The notes under the pieces: generated by a model
What the model saw: the letters and a program-made list of their open reading frames with translations, nothing else
What the model was told of the DNA's origin: nothing
The model's database searches: none
In this document: positions 17,087 through 26,906 of the stretch, piece by piece
Layout of the letters: the number at the start of each line of letters is the position of its first letter
Numbering within the stretch: the stretch's first letter is position 1
Source of the DNA: Planctomycetota bacterium
Lineage (GTDB): Bacteria > Planctomycetota > UBA8108 > SXIK01
Reading direction: 5' to 3'
DNA: 64,000 bases
NCBI GenBank assembly: GCA_965223845.1
Contig: CBDCXR010000004.1
Coordinates: 5,248,001 to 5,312,000 of the forward strand
Position numbers and translations under genes: made by a program

Positions 17087-19108
17087 ATGATCCGAGCGCG
17101 ACCACGACTTGCCGAGAACCGCCGTCGCGGAACATTCGCGACTCTCGCCACCATTTGGGTGGCGGCGGCGGCGACCGCCGTCGCCGAAGGAGAGGCCGAC
17201 GACGACGGTCTCTGGTCGGCGCACGTTCGACCGCTCCTCGAGGCGCGCTGCACGAAATGCCACGGCGCGGCCGCGCGGAAGGCCGGACTCGATCTCCGTC
17301 GTCCGGAGTCGATTCGCGCCGGCGCAAAGTCCGGTCCGGTCGTCATCCCGGGAAAGCCGGAGGAGAGCTCGCTCTATCGCGTGCTGATCGCGGGCCCCGA
17401 TGATCGGATGCCTCTCGACGACGCCCCACTCAGCCGCGAAGAGATCGCGATCATCGAGCGGTGGATTCGCGGCGGGGCTACAACGGGCGGCCGGGAACCG
17501 CGGACGGAACAACAGCCGCGCTCCGTCGCCACGACATCGGAGGCTCTTCCGCCCGCGGGATTGACCCCTGGCCTCGTCATCGATCTCCTCATCGAAGAGG
17601 GTTGGCAGCGCCGCGGCGTTCGACCGGCGGTGCGGGCGGACGACCGAGCCTTCGCGCGGAGACTCTACCTCGATCTCGCCGGAAGAATTCCGACGACGGA
17701 AGAGCTCGCGGCGTTCGAGCGCGACACACGCTCGGAGAAGCGCGAGCGGCTCATCGCGGAACTCCTGGGCGGACCCGAGTATCCGCGTCACTTTCGCGAC
17801 GTGTTCGATGTCGCACTCCTCGGCCGCTCCGATCGTCGCGCGGCCGAGCGTCGAAAGTCGAACCGTTGGCACAGCTATCTCGAATGGGCCTTCGCGGCGA
17901 ACCGTCCGTGGAGCGAAATCGTGCGCGATCTCGTCGTCGCGCGACCGGAGTCGGACGACCAGCGCGGTGCGGCGTGGTTCCTTTTCGCCGCGAAGGATAA
18001 GCATCGCGCGATGGCCGAACGCGTCGCGCCTGCGCTCCTCGGTCTTCAGGTTCAGTGCGCGCAGTGCCACGACCACCCTCTCGCTAGCGAAATCGAGCAG
18101 CGCCACTACTGGGGTCTCGTCTCCTTCTTCGAGCGAACGAAGAACGCGAGCTCCCCGCAGGGGATCGCGCTCGCTGAATCCGCGATCGGTGGCTACTCGA
18201 AGTACGCCGATCTCGACGGCGAGTCTCACGAGTCGGTGCTCGCGTTCTTCGACGGCACGGTCGTTCCGGAAAACCGACCGGAGGACCCGAAGAAGGAGAA
18301 GGACAGCGCGGAGAACTACGTCGTGCCGCCGGCCGACCTCGCCGGTGACAAGGACGCACGCGCGGTCGCCGTGCCGAAATTCTCCCGCCGGGAGGAACTC
18401 TTCCGGGTAGCACTCACCAGCGGACTCGTCGGCAAGGCGTTCGTCAATCGCGTTTGGGCTCTCCTCATGGGACGCGGGCTCGTCCATCCCGTCGACAAGA
18501 TGGACTCGATCCATCCGCCGAGTCACCCGCGTCTTCTCGCGTGGCTCACGCGGGATTTCATCGCGAACGGCTACGACGTCCGGCGTCTCGTGCGTGCGAT
18601 CGTGACGAGCCGGGCGTACCAGCTCGACTCACGGCCGCGCGATGGCAAATCGACCCCGCCCGAGGCGTTCGCGGTCGCGATGGCGAAACCGCTCGGCGCC
18701 GAAGCGCTCCAGCGCTCTTGGTTCGTTGCCACCGGACGCGGCGAGACGAGCGTCGACGCGCTAGAGATCGCCGATTCCTTCGGGCGGGTCTTCCCGGCTC
18801 TCTTCGCCGAAGAGAATACGGCCGAGCTCAAGCAGGCGCTCTTCCTCTCGAACAATCCTGAGATCGATCGACTGCTCGCCGCCGAGAAAGGAACGACGGT
18901 GGAGCGCCTCCTCGCACTCGACACGACGGAGCGGCGCGTTCGACTCGCGTTCGAAACGATGTTCGCACGCACGCCGGACAGCGAGGAGCTCGGGCGCGCG
19001 GCGGCGTTTCTCGATGCGCGACGCGAGTCCCCCGAACGCGAACGGGCAGGGATCGAGCAGTTTCTCTGGGCGCTTCTCACGAGCGCAGAGTTTCGCTTCA
19101 ACCACTGA
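17087..19108 (+). CDS. Planctomycete cytochrome c / DUF1549 + DUF1553 (PSD1) protein
   Basis: Signal-like N-terminus; CTKCH; FARRLYLDLAGRIPT; CAQCHDHP; VNRVWALLMGRGLV; PPSHPRLL; SAEFRFNH. Confidence 0.92.
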   Translation: MIRARPRLAENRRRGTFATLATIWVAAAATAVAEGEADDDGLWSAHVRPLLEARCTKCHGAAARKAGLDLRRPESIRAGAKSGPVVIPGKPEESSLYRVLIAGPDDRMPLDDAPLSREEIAIIERWIRGGATTGGREPRTEQQPRSVATTSEALPPAGLTPGLVIDLLIEEGWQRRGVRPAVRADDRAFARRLYLDLAGRIPTTEELAAFERDTRSEKRERLIAELLGGPEYPRHFRDVFDVALLGRSDRRAAERRKSNRWHSYLEWAFAANRPWSEIVRDLVVARPESDDQRGAAWFLFAAKDKHRAMAERVAPALLGLQVQCAQCHDHPLASEIEQRHYWGLVSFFERTKNASSPQGIALAESAIGGYSKYADLDGESHESVLAFFDGTVVPENRPEDPKKEKDSAENYVVPPADLAGDKDARAVAVPKFSRREELFRVALTSGLVGKAFVNRVWALLMGRGLVHPVDKMDSIHPPSHPRLLAWLTRDFIANGYDVRRLVRAIVTSRAYQLDSRPRDGKSTPPEAFAVAMAKPLGAEALQRSWFVATGRGETSVDALEIADSFGRVFPALFAEENTAELKQALFLSNNPEIDRLLAAEKGTTVERLLALDTTERRVRLAFETMFARTPDSEELGRAAAFLDARRESPERERAGIEQFLWALLTSAEFRFNH

Positions 19109-19115
19109 TCGAGCG

Positions 19116-20456
19116 ATGCACGAACGAACCAAGCGCCGACTCCATCGAGCATCCGTTTGCGGCGGAGCGGATCACGTCATCCACCGGCGGCGTTTCCTTC
19201 AGGGTGCGGCCGGAGCGAGCGTGGCATCGGTGATGAGCTGGACGGGGCTGTTTTCGGTGAAGGCGTTTGCCGAACGCGCCAAGGCCGATGGCAAGCACTG
19301 TATTCTTCTCTGGCAGTGTGGTGGACCGAGTCAGTTCGAGTCGTGGGATCCGAAGCCGGGCCGTCCGACGAGTGGACCGTTCGGCTCGATACCGACGAAG
19401 CTTCCCGGGATCCACTTCAGCGAGCTGATGCCGAAGTGTGCCTCCATCGCGGATAAGCTCGCGATCGTACGATCGATGAAGACCGCGCAGTCGGAGCACT
19501 TTCAGGCGATCGACCTCCTCACACGCGGGAACGAGCGGCGCCCTCCGTTCGTTCGACCCGCGCTCGGCTCCGTACTCGGCGAGCAGCTCGGTCAGCTCGA
19601 GAGCCCGATCCCGGACTTCATCCTTCTCGATCCATGCCCGGAGGGGAACGAGTTCAAGGCATTCAAGGCGGGGAACTGGGCGGGCTGGCTCGGCGCGGAA
19701 TACTCGCCCGTGCGCGTCGGCGGCGAGTACGGCATTCCCGATATCGATCGTCTGGCCTCGCTTTCCGAGGCGGATCAAGACGAGCGCGAATCGCTCCGGC
19801 GCTTCTTCAGCAAGAAATTCGAGAACGAGCGAAAGAGCAGCGCCGCGGAATCGTACAACGCGGTCTTCGAACGCGTGAAGGGGCTCATGAGCTGCGCGGA
19901 TCTCTTTGATCTCGATCGGCTTCCCGAGAAGGATCGCGATCGCTACGGCCCCGGAACGTTCGGGCTCCATGCGCTTCTCGCACGCCATCTCGTCGAGAAC
20001 GGAGCGCCGTTCGTCATGGTCGCGAACGGGATGCCCTGGGACACGCACGTCTTCAACCACGAGATCTACCAGATGATCGTCCCCGATCTCGATCAGATCG
20101 TCTTTCATCTCGTCGCTGATCTCGAGGAGCGTGGCCTACTCGAGAAGACACTCGTCATCGTCATGGGAGAGTTCGGCCGAACCCCGTGGATCAATCAGGC
20201 GCGCGGGCGCGATCACTATCCGGCGGCGTGGAGTCTCGCCCTCGCCGGCTGCGGAATTCAGCCGGGGGTAGTCGTCGGTGAGACCGACGAAGACGGCATC
20301 GATGTCAAAGGCGAGCATTTCGACGAGAGGAATCTCTTCGCGACGATCTTCTCGGCCCTCGGAATCGACCCTTACGCGAAGTACGACTTGCCCGGCCTCC
20401 CGACGTTCCATCGCGTCGAAGAGAAGCAGCCGCCCATCCCGGGAGTGCTCGCATGA
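19116..20456 (+). CDS. DUF1501 family protein (Tat-like signal)
   Basis: HRRRFL; ILLWQCGGPSQFESWDPKP; WDTH; MGEFGRTP; GRDHYP; starts 7 bp after the PSD1 stop. Confidence 0.92.
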   Translation: MHERTKRRLHRASVCGGADHVIHRRRFLQGAAGASVASVMSWTGLFSVKAFAERAKADGKHCILLWQCGGPSQFESWDPKPGRPTSGPFGSIPTKLPGIHFSELMPKCASIADKLAIVRSMKTAQSEHFQAIDLLTRGNERRPPFVRPALGSVLGEQLGQLESPIPDFILLDPCPEGNEFKAFKAGNWAGWLGAEYSPVRVGGEYGIPDIDRLASLSEADQDERESLRRFFSKKFENERKSSAAESYNAVFERVKGLMSCADLFDLDRLPEKDRDRYGPGTFGLHALLARHLVENGAPFVMVANGMPWDTHVFNHEIYQMIVPDLDQIVFHLVADLEERGLLEKTLVIVMGEFGRTPWINQARGRDHYPAAWSLALAGCGIQPGVVVGETDEDGIDVKGEHFDERNLFATIFSALGIDPYAKYDLPGLPTFHRVEEKQPPIPGVLA

Positions 20457-20995
20457 CTCGCTCCGTGCAAAGGAGTAAGGACGAGAGGATCTCGTTCGCA
20501 AGCGCCATCGGCCGAGCTCAAGCTGTCATCGCCGCGGCGACCTTCGTGCTTGCCGGCGGCTGCGCGAAGCCGGAGGGCTCGCGCCGTCTGGACGTCCGCG
20601 CTGCGCTGCTCACGTCGGCGGCCGAGAACGATCCCGACTTTCCCGACGGCGAGACCGTTCTGCTCACGCACTTCTCCCACGTGGGAGAGCTCCAGTCGTC
20701 GCGCGGTGATCTCGTGTACGTCGCCGATCGACGCGCGGTCACGGCCGGAATGCCGGCACCGCGCGGCCACAATTTCATCACGTTCTTCGACGAAGACTTC
20801 GTCTACCTCGGAAAGACGCACTACGTCGCGAGTCGCCCGCTCTGGTGCGAAGGGAGCCGCCTCTATCTCTTCGGCGAACTCGACGGGATCGTCGCCGGCC
20901 TCTCCGGAAACGTGATCGACCTCTCTGACGGCTACGACCGGATTCGGGCGTATCACGCTCGCGCGTACGGGAGCTCGGGAGGAATCGATGGTTGA
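20453..20995 (+). CDS. Hypothetical lipoprotein
   Basis: Lipobox FVLAGGC; ATGA coupling to DUF1501; globular composition. Confidence 0.7.
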   Translation: MTRSVQRSKDERISFASAIGRAQAVIAAATFVLAGGCAKPEGSRRLDVRAALLTSAAENDPDFPDGETVLLTHFSHVGELQSSRGDLVYVADRRAVTAGMPAPRGHNFITFFDEDFVYLGKTHYVASRPLWCEGSRLYLFGELDGIVAGLSGNVIDLSDGYDRIRAYHARAYGSSGGIDG

Positions 20996-21022
20996 AGGAC
21001 CGAAGCATTGGAGCGTCGCGCC

Positions 21023-22120
21023 ATGACCGCGATCACCGCGCCAAAGCCCCAGCTGAAGCTCGTGCGCAATTTGAGTCTCCCGGCAGCCGTACTCGCCGTC
21101 GACGCGCGCGCGGAAGGCCGCGAACTCTATGCGGCCTGCCTCGACGGCGGAGTCTACGCGGTCGACAGTGAGAGCGGAGAGCGGCGGAAGATCGGCCAAC
21201 ATGCGAGCTACGCCTCGGGTGTGCGACTGCTCCCCGGCGGCGAGACGCTGATCTCGAGCGGCTACGACGGCAAGCTCAAGTGGCACCGAACGAACGGAGA
21301 ATCCATCCGGGAGATCGCTGCGCACGAATTCTGGTCGTGGCAGCTCTCGGTGAGTCGCGACGGCCGCTACGTCGCGTCCGTGACCGGACAGTATCTCTGC
21401 GGCGGCTACAAGTACGAGCCCGCTCCCGAGCGCGAGCCATCGGTCCGAGTGTACGACGCCGCGTCCGGCGAACTCGTTCATTCGTTCAGCCACGTTCCAC
21501 CGGTCCAGTCGGTCGCATTCAGTCCCGACGGCAAGTCGATCGCGGCCGGCAATCTCATGGGAGAGATTCGGGTCTGGGATCTCGCGAGCGGTGAGCAAAC
21601 CGCGGCCTGGACTACGTCGAGCTTTACCGGCTGGGGGATCATCAAGGGGCACTACTTCACCGGCGGAGTGTTCGCGCTCGAGTTCACGCCGGACGGAGAG
21701 GAACTCTTCGCCGCGGGGATGGGCACGACGCGTGATCCCGCGGCCGGAAACGGTCGCCAGCTCTGGCAGCGCTTTCGCTGGGGGGCGACGCCGGTCGAGA
21801 AGACGGGTGAGACAAAAACGGGCGAGAGTGGTCAAGGATTGATGGAAACCTTGCGGCTCCATCCCTCGAACGCGTTTTTCGTCATGGCCGGACGAGTGTT
21901 CAAGGGCGACTGGAACGCGGCGCTGTTCGACGCGGCGACCGGCGGCGTGCTCCACACGTTAACGACGAAGTGCCGCGTGACGAGTTCCGCCTTCTCCGCG
22001 GACGGACGAAGGCTCTATCTCGGTGGCGCCCTCTCGCAGAAGAAGCCGAAGGACGGCAAGTGGCCCGATTTCGGGCGCGTCGGCGTGTACGAGTTTCCGC
22101 GACGGACGCGGGCGTTCTGA
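21023..22120 (+). CDS. WD40-repeat protein
   Basis: LISSGYDG, VQSVAFSPDGKSIAAG..IRVWD, LEFTPDG, AFSADG. Confidence 0.88.
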   Translation: MTAITAPKPQLKLVRNLSLPAAVLAVDARAEGRELYAACLDGGVYAVDSESGERRKIGQHASYASGVRLLPGGETLISSGYDGKLKWHRTNGESIREIAAHEFWSWQLSVSRDGRYVASVTGQYLCGGYKYEPAPEREPSVRVYDAASGELVHSFSHVPPVQSVAFSPDGKSIAAGNLMGEIRVWDLASGEQTAAWTTSSFTGWGIIKGHYFTGGVFALEFTPDGEELFAAGMGTTRDPAAGNGRQLWQRFRWGATPVEKTGETKTGESGQGLMETLRLHPSNAFFVMAGRVFKGDWNAALFDAATGGVLHTLTTKCRVTSSAFSADGRRLYLGGALSQKKPKDGKWPDFGRVGVYEFPRRTRAF

Positions 22121-22162
22121 GGGGGCGCGCTCGAGGGATCGACGGGGTGGCCCGCCGACTCG

Positions 22163-22750
22163 CTACGCGAACGTCGCGGAGATGACGGCGAAGACGATCA
22201 ACGCGAAGAAGATCGCGCAGATGATTCTCACCGCGAGCGACGTCCGGTACTTGATGTGCGGCGTCGAATCGATGACGTCGCGGTACTCGTCGGAGAAGAC
22301 GTACTGTCCCTTCTTCGAGAAGACGAGGTAGAGGATATAACCGTTGATCAGCGTTCCGATCGGAAACCCGAGCAGCCCGATCGCCGCGAAGATTCCGACG
22401 GGAAGACGGACTCCCCGGCGCAGCTTCCTGAGTCCGCTTCCGAGTGCGAAGCAGATCACGGCGACGAGTCCGTAGAGGAACGACACGGCGAGGAAAACGG
22501 ACGATTCCCCCTCCGACGAAAGTCCGACGGCTGAGATCGCCGCAGCGAAGCCGACGATCACTCCGCTCAAGTAGTAGAGCACCCCGATCGACTGGACGGA
22601 GACTTCGTGCTTCAGATGCTTGCGCCGGATGAGCTCGTAGTCGTGCTCGAGGCCGGAGAGGACGCGGTCCGCGTCGGTGACTTCCGGCGCCGCGTACGGG
22701 TTGACGTCCAGCGTCGAGGTCGACGAATCTTCCGCGAATTCAGCGGACAT
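22163..22750 (-). CDS. Hypothetical multi-pass membrane protein with NPYAAP motif
   Basis: About 4 hydrophobic segments; GLLGFPIGTLINGYILYL; GAAGGAG RBS before ATG 22750. Confidence 0.8.
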   Translation of the reverse strand: MSAEFAEDSSTSTLDVNPYAAPEVTDADRVLSGLEHDYELIRRKHLKHEVSVQSIGVLYYLSGVIVGFAAAISAVGLSSEGESSVFLAVSFLYGLVAVICFALGSGLRKLRRGVRLPVGIFAAIGLLGFPIGTLINGYILYLVFSKKGQYVFSDEYRDVIDSTPHIKYRTSLAVRIICAIFFALIVFAVISATFA

Positions 22751-22811
22751 GGAGCAGCTCCTTCCGGTCGCCGGAGCGAGCGAAGCCTCGTCGCACCGCC
22801 TGGATCCTGTA

Positions 22812-22828
22812 TTGTCCCCAATCCCGGA
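22812..22828. repeat. Dispersed intergenic 17-mer, copy 2 (TTGTCCCCAATCCCGGA)
   Basis: 16/17 identical to 4699-4715; related GTCTGTCCCA at about 22851. Confidence 0.45.
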
Positions 22829-23146
22829 ATAGCACGCGGTTCCATCTGGAGTCTGTCCCACTTCCACCGATCCGGCCAATCCTGGGCGTTAACGGAACGC
22901 GACGACCTCCTCCGCGTGAATTCGGTCGCTCTCCCGACGTTCGCGATTGCTGAAACGATCCTGGTTGCCAAGAAGGTTCGCTCCGACCGACGCGCCGGCG
23001 CTCCAGCGGGCGACGCGAGAGAGAGAAGACGACAGCGTGGCAACTCGGTGAACGACCGACTCCGGACGCGGTGACCCTGCTCGCCGCGAGGCGCTCGCCG
23101 TGCTCCGAGAGTGTTCACGACTCGCCTCGAAACCCAGCGACAACGA

Positions 23147-24004
23147 TCACTGAATTCTCTCGTAGTAATACGCTCCGGGACCGTACACGGTACGGAATAG
23201 ATGGGAAAGACCGTGCGCGCTCTCGGTGTGGCCGAGAAACAGATATCCCCCTGGATTCATGCACGAATGAATTTCTTCGAGTACCGCCCGGGAAACGTCC
23301 GAGTCGAAGTAGATCAGAACGTTACGGCAGAAAACTACGTCCAGGTTCGAGACAGGTAGGGAGTCGATCAGATTCGCGTGGAGAAATCTCACCATCCCAC
23401 GCACTTCGCAACGAAGGCGACACTCCTCCTCACCGTCCTCGAACCATCGCTCTCTCTGAGCGGCCGAAATCTCCCGCAACTGAAACGGTGAATAAGTCGC
23501 GTTTCGAGCGGAGCGAAGATGCTTCTGAGAGCCGTCGACGCCTGTGATCTCCAGTCGCGAGATCGACTCGAGGTCGAGAGTTTCGAGCGCGGAGATCGCG
23601 ACACTGTACGGTTCTTCACCCGTGGAACAACCCAGGCTCGCTACACGAACTCTGCGACCAGCCCCCCGCGCGTAGACCTGCGGGAGGACATGACATTCCA
23701 GCGCGTCGAACTGGGCCGGGTTTCGACGAAAGCTCGTCTCACCGATCAATACCCGATCGAGCAGCCGCTGAAACTCGACCGCTCCCTGTTCCGAGTCGCG
23801 GAGCGCTCGTATGTACGCGCTCCAGCTGGAAAACTTCTCTTCGCGAAGGCACTCCTCGACGGCCCATGCCAACCGCGCCTTCCAAGAATCCCGAGCTTTG
23901 AATCCGTATCTACTGCGGATCAAATCTCGAACTTCTTCGAGCTGAGAATCGGTGAGCTCGCGGCTCGACGCAGAAACGACCCCCGAAACGCCTCCACCGC
24001 TCAC
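23147..24004 (-). CDS. cheR: Chemoreceptor glutamate methyltransferase CheR (PilK-like)
   Basis: IGETSFRR, SLGCSTGEEPYS, DVVFCRNVLIYF, GGYLFLGHTES. Confidence 0.93.
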   Translation of the reverse strand: MSGGGVSGVVSASSRELTDSQLEEVRDLIRSRYGFKARDSWKARLAWAVEECLREEKFSSWSAYIRALRDSEQGAVEFQRLLDRVLIGETSFRRNPAQFDALECHVLPQVYARGAGRRVRVASLGCSTGEEPYSVAISALETLDLESISRLEITGVDGSQKHLRSARNATYSPFQLREISAAQRERWFEDGEEECRLRCEVRGMVRFLHANLIDSLPVSNLDVVFCRNVLIYFDSDVSRAVLEEIHSCMNPGGYLFLGHTESAHGLSHLFRTVYGPGAYYYERIQ

Positions 24005-24681
24005 GAATTCGTCTCGGCGTCAAAGTTCGGATGGAAGTACTTCCGCACGAGCATGCGGAGCAAGACCCGACGGGAACTCGGGGATTTTTCGAAAACCGCC
24101 ATGATCTCGTCGACGATTCGCGTGACTCGATCCTTTCGTTCATGACTCCCGCCGGGATCGCCGCCGTCGTTTCCTTCTAGCACCTTCCTTCGTCGCGAAG
24201 CTTCGCTCGCGGTGCTCGAGAGTTTGCCGGCGGATGTCGAGGCCCTTCCGCCGAACGAGTTCCTCTCTGCCGACGCTTCGGAGCCATCTCTACCCACTAC
24301 CCGCAGCACAGCACACCGCAAGCTGTCGCCTCGGAACGGCTTCTCCACGCAGGCCTTTACGGAGCGAAACGCGGCGAATTCTTGTTCCAAACGAGATGCT
24401 TTGCGCCCCGACAGTACGATGATCGGGACATTCGACAGCTCTTCGATTCGGGAGAACTCGCGACAGACTTCCGGGCCGTTCATATCCGGAAGCAGATAGT
24501 CCAGCACGACGGCACTCGGAGGTTGTGCGCGAGCCAGCTCCAGCGCCTTCGCGGCAGTGCTTGCGCACACGACCTCGTATCCGGCCGCAACGAGTTGCCG
24601 CTCCGCCAGCTTCAAAACCGTCAAGCTGTCGTCAACGAGCAGTATCCGCCGATTCACGGATGGCCTCTTCCTGTTTGCCAA
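24001..24681 (-). CDS. Response regulator: REC + Ser-rich linker + short helical tail
   Basis: ILLVDDS, AVVLDYLLPD, IIVLS, EKPF; start may be GTG 24657. Confidence 0.85.
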   Translation of the reverse strand: MANRKRPSVNRRILLVDDSLTVLKLAERQLVAAGYEVVCASTAAKALELARAQPPSAVVLDYLLPDMNGPEVCREFSRIEELSNVPIIVLSGRKASRLEQEFAAFRSVKACVEKPFRGDSLRCAVLRVVGRDGSEASAERNSFGGRASTSAGKLSSTASEASRRRKVLEGNDGGDPGGSHERKDRVTRIVDEIMAVFEKSPSSRRVLLRMLVRKYFHPNFDAETNS

Positions 24682-26029
24682 TCAATCCCATGGACAGCAG
24701 AGCATAAACACCGCGGCACACGTCGAAGGTATTTGCACTGCACAGATGGACGATCTCCCGTACGGATCGCCCCTCTTCGATATGCTCTAGAATCCTGGCG
24801 TATTCTGCACCGATCGTCTCCGCGTCGGCTTCTTCACCGTCGATGCGTCCAAACTCCTTCTCGCCCGAGAGAATCTCTTCCTCGATGATCTTCCACTCGT
24901 CCATCCGAGAGCATAGATTCAAGAGAAACTTCTGTACCGAAAGATTGAGCTGGGCCTCGTAAAAGCTCTCGGGCAGAGATTCGTAGGGAGAGAACTCGAA
25001 TCTCGATCGTTTCGGGATGAGAATGCACTGTCGCAGAACATCGAACCCGAACGACACCATAAGTCCGTAGACGTCATCCGCGCGAATGACTCCACGATCC
25101 ACGAGCCGCAAGAAGACGGACCCGCCCCTCACCGACGTTTCATCCAACGCAGCCTGAAACTCGGAAACCGGCACGCGTCGGCCAGCACAGTAAATCGGAA
25201 AGAGTGGCCGCCGCAGTTGGAAGTGCCTCGGGTTGACGAACAGGACTCTCCCGCTCTCCAGATACACGTCGCACCAAGATCGAGGGCCTCGAGCCGCGAG
25301 AACTCCAGTCAGTTGGCGGTTTCCGAGGGATTGAATCGCGTCGGCGAAGCTGAGTGCTGCGCCGGTAGCCGCAAATAACTGTCCCGCAGACTCTTCAATC
25401 ATGTCGATCTGAGTCGCCACGTTGACGACGAAACTCGACTCCGTAAGGGAGCCTGCGACCACTTCCGCCGCTCGCGATCGAGACATCCGCGAAGTCTCAT
25501 TCATGACCCCGCCGAGACGGTCGGAAATCTGCGAAATCAGCATGGAGGCAATCTGAAGTATCTTGTGCCCTCGAGAGTTCGCGGGTATTCGCAACGACGA
25601 AGGACGCTCCCCGACGCGCTGACAAACCGTTTCGACCTGCGCTCGATCCTGCGCGTCCGCCTCGTCTTTTCTCAAAGCGAATTCGAGAGTCGCGACCATT
25701 CCCGAGTCCGTGAACGGCTTGGCCACCACTCCGAGCACGTTTGCGTGCTCCCGGTACCGTTGCCAGGCCTCCGGGGCCCGAGATGTCACTAGCAGTACGG
25801 GAATCTCTGCGGTGCTCGACTCCTCCGAGAGCGCCTTGATCGATTCCTCTCCGGACGTTCGCGTCGTACCCAGCAGAATGAGATCTGGTCGGCTCACTGC
25901 GGCGATGCGAGCCGCTTCGAATTCGCCATCGGCCACCTCGAACTCGAAACCGGCTCCCGCCAATGCGCGCGTGATACAGACTCGAGCGGTTGCGCTCTGT
26001 TCAACGACCAGAAACCGTCGGTTCGACAT
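24632..26029 (-). CDS. Pseudo-receiver + DUF4388/PATAN + C-terminal wHTH-like protein (PatA-like)
   Basis: REC fold with PDLILLG; SFADAIQSLGNRQLTGVLAA..VYLESGRVLFV; C-terminal RSVREIV..VYALLSMGLI. Confidence 0.72.
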   Translation of the reverse strand: MSNRRFLVVEQSATARVCITRALAGAGFEFEVADGEFEAARIAAVSRPDLILLGTTRTSGEESIKALSEESSTAEIPVLLVTSRAPEAWQRYREHANVLGVVAKPFTDSGMVATLEFALRKDEADAQDRAQVETVCQRVGERPSSLRIPANSRGHKILQIASMLISQISDRLGGVMNETSRMSRSRAAEVVAGSLTESSFVVNVATQIDMIEESAGQLFAATGAALSFADAIQSLGNRQLTGVLAARGPRSWCDVYLESGRVLFVNPRHFQLRRPLFPIYCAGRRVPVSEFQAALDETSVRGGSVFLRLVDRGVIRADDVYGLMVSFGFDVLRQCILIPKRSRFEFSPYESLPESFYEAQLNLSVQKFLLNLCSRMDEWKIIEEEILSGEKEFGRIDGEEADAETIGAEYARILEHIEEGRSVREIVHLCSANTFDVCRGVYALLSMGLIGKQEEAIRESADTAR

Positions 26030-26042
26030 GACGTACTACCCG

Positions 26043-26711
26043 CTACCGATGCTCCTCGCGCGCGGAGCGACGGCTCGAGTTCGCGATGACCTGAGTCGAG
26101 CCACCGTCGCGCGCAAGCATTCGAAATCGAAGATGAAGCTGATTGTGCATCTCGCGCAATTCTGCGAGCTCGGCGGTTCGCTCCACCAATAGATCCGTGG
26201 CCACCGCTAGATCGTCGTCCCGAGTTTTGAGTCTTTCTCGCACGATCTCGAGCTCGCGCTCTCGACCGTCCAACCGCGCGCTGAGATCGGCAGCGGCGGT
26301 TAGATTCTCCTCGCGACGGGTGCCGAGCTCGCGCAATTCTCTACACTCTTCGCGCAAAGCTTCGGATTGCTTTTCGACCTCGATCAACTGCCGCTCCGAT
26401 TCCGTCAACCGAATTGCCAGCTCTGCGTATTCTTCGGCTTCCGTCTCCACCTGCTCTTCAAGTCTCGCGATCGTCAACTTGCACTCTGCAACCTCTTCAC
26501 TCTTACGCCGCGCCTCGTCTCGCCACCGATCCACCTCTTCCGTTTGGAGCGCTCGTCGGCTACCGATCAGTGCCTCGAGCCGCTCGACCGAACCGCATGC
26601 GGCTCGCTCGTCCGCCTGCGACGCCGCCAGCGCGGTTTCGAGCTCCTCGATCCGTCGACTCAGCTGTCGAATTTCCTCGCGCAGGATCGCGTCGCTCTCT
26701 CGATTCTCCAT
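26043..26711 (-). CDS. Coiled-coil protein inside the chemosensory cluster
   Basis: Near-continuous E/R/L-rich heptads; same strand as neighbours. Confidence 0.75.
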   Translation of the reverse strand: MENRESDAILREEIRQLSRRIEELETALAASQADERAACGSVERLEALIGSRRALQTEEVDRWRDEARRKSEEVAECKLTIARLEEQVETEAEEYAELAIRLTESERQLIEVEKQSEALREECRELRELGTRREENLTAAADLSARLDGRERELEIVRERLKTRDDDLAVATDLLVERTAELAELREMHNQLHLRFRMLARDGGSTQVIANSSRRSAREEHR

Positions 26712-26906
26712 CGTTCGCCAAACCAGCTAAACAAACTCTGTTTCCGCGCGCCGAACTCCGCCTGCCGCCTTTCCACCGCGTCGAAAACTTGTTCTCGTAC
26801 CACGGCGGCTCCGACGTCAGCTGGCACGATCTACAGCACCGCATGAGGACTCCGGCAGATCGGATCTGGCGAGCGTCGTGACCGAACGCTTGGTCGGTTC
26901 AAACTC

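Noticed and set aside
22607-23143. ORFs in the gap between the membrane protein and cheR
   Set aside because: No recognisable motifs, overlap with a real gene, no RBS
26660-26827. 55-aa minus-strand ORF (VPADVGAAVVREQ...) as a small gene or frameshifted N-terminus of the coiled-coil protein
   Set aside because: No clear RBS, overlaps the next gene, and no homology evidence available
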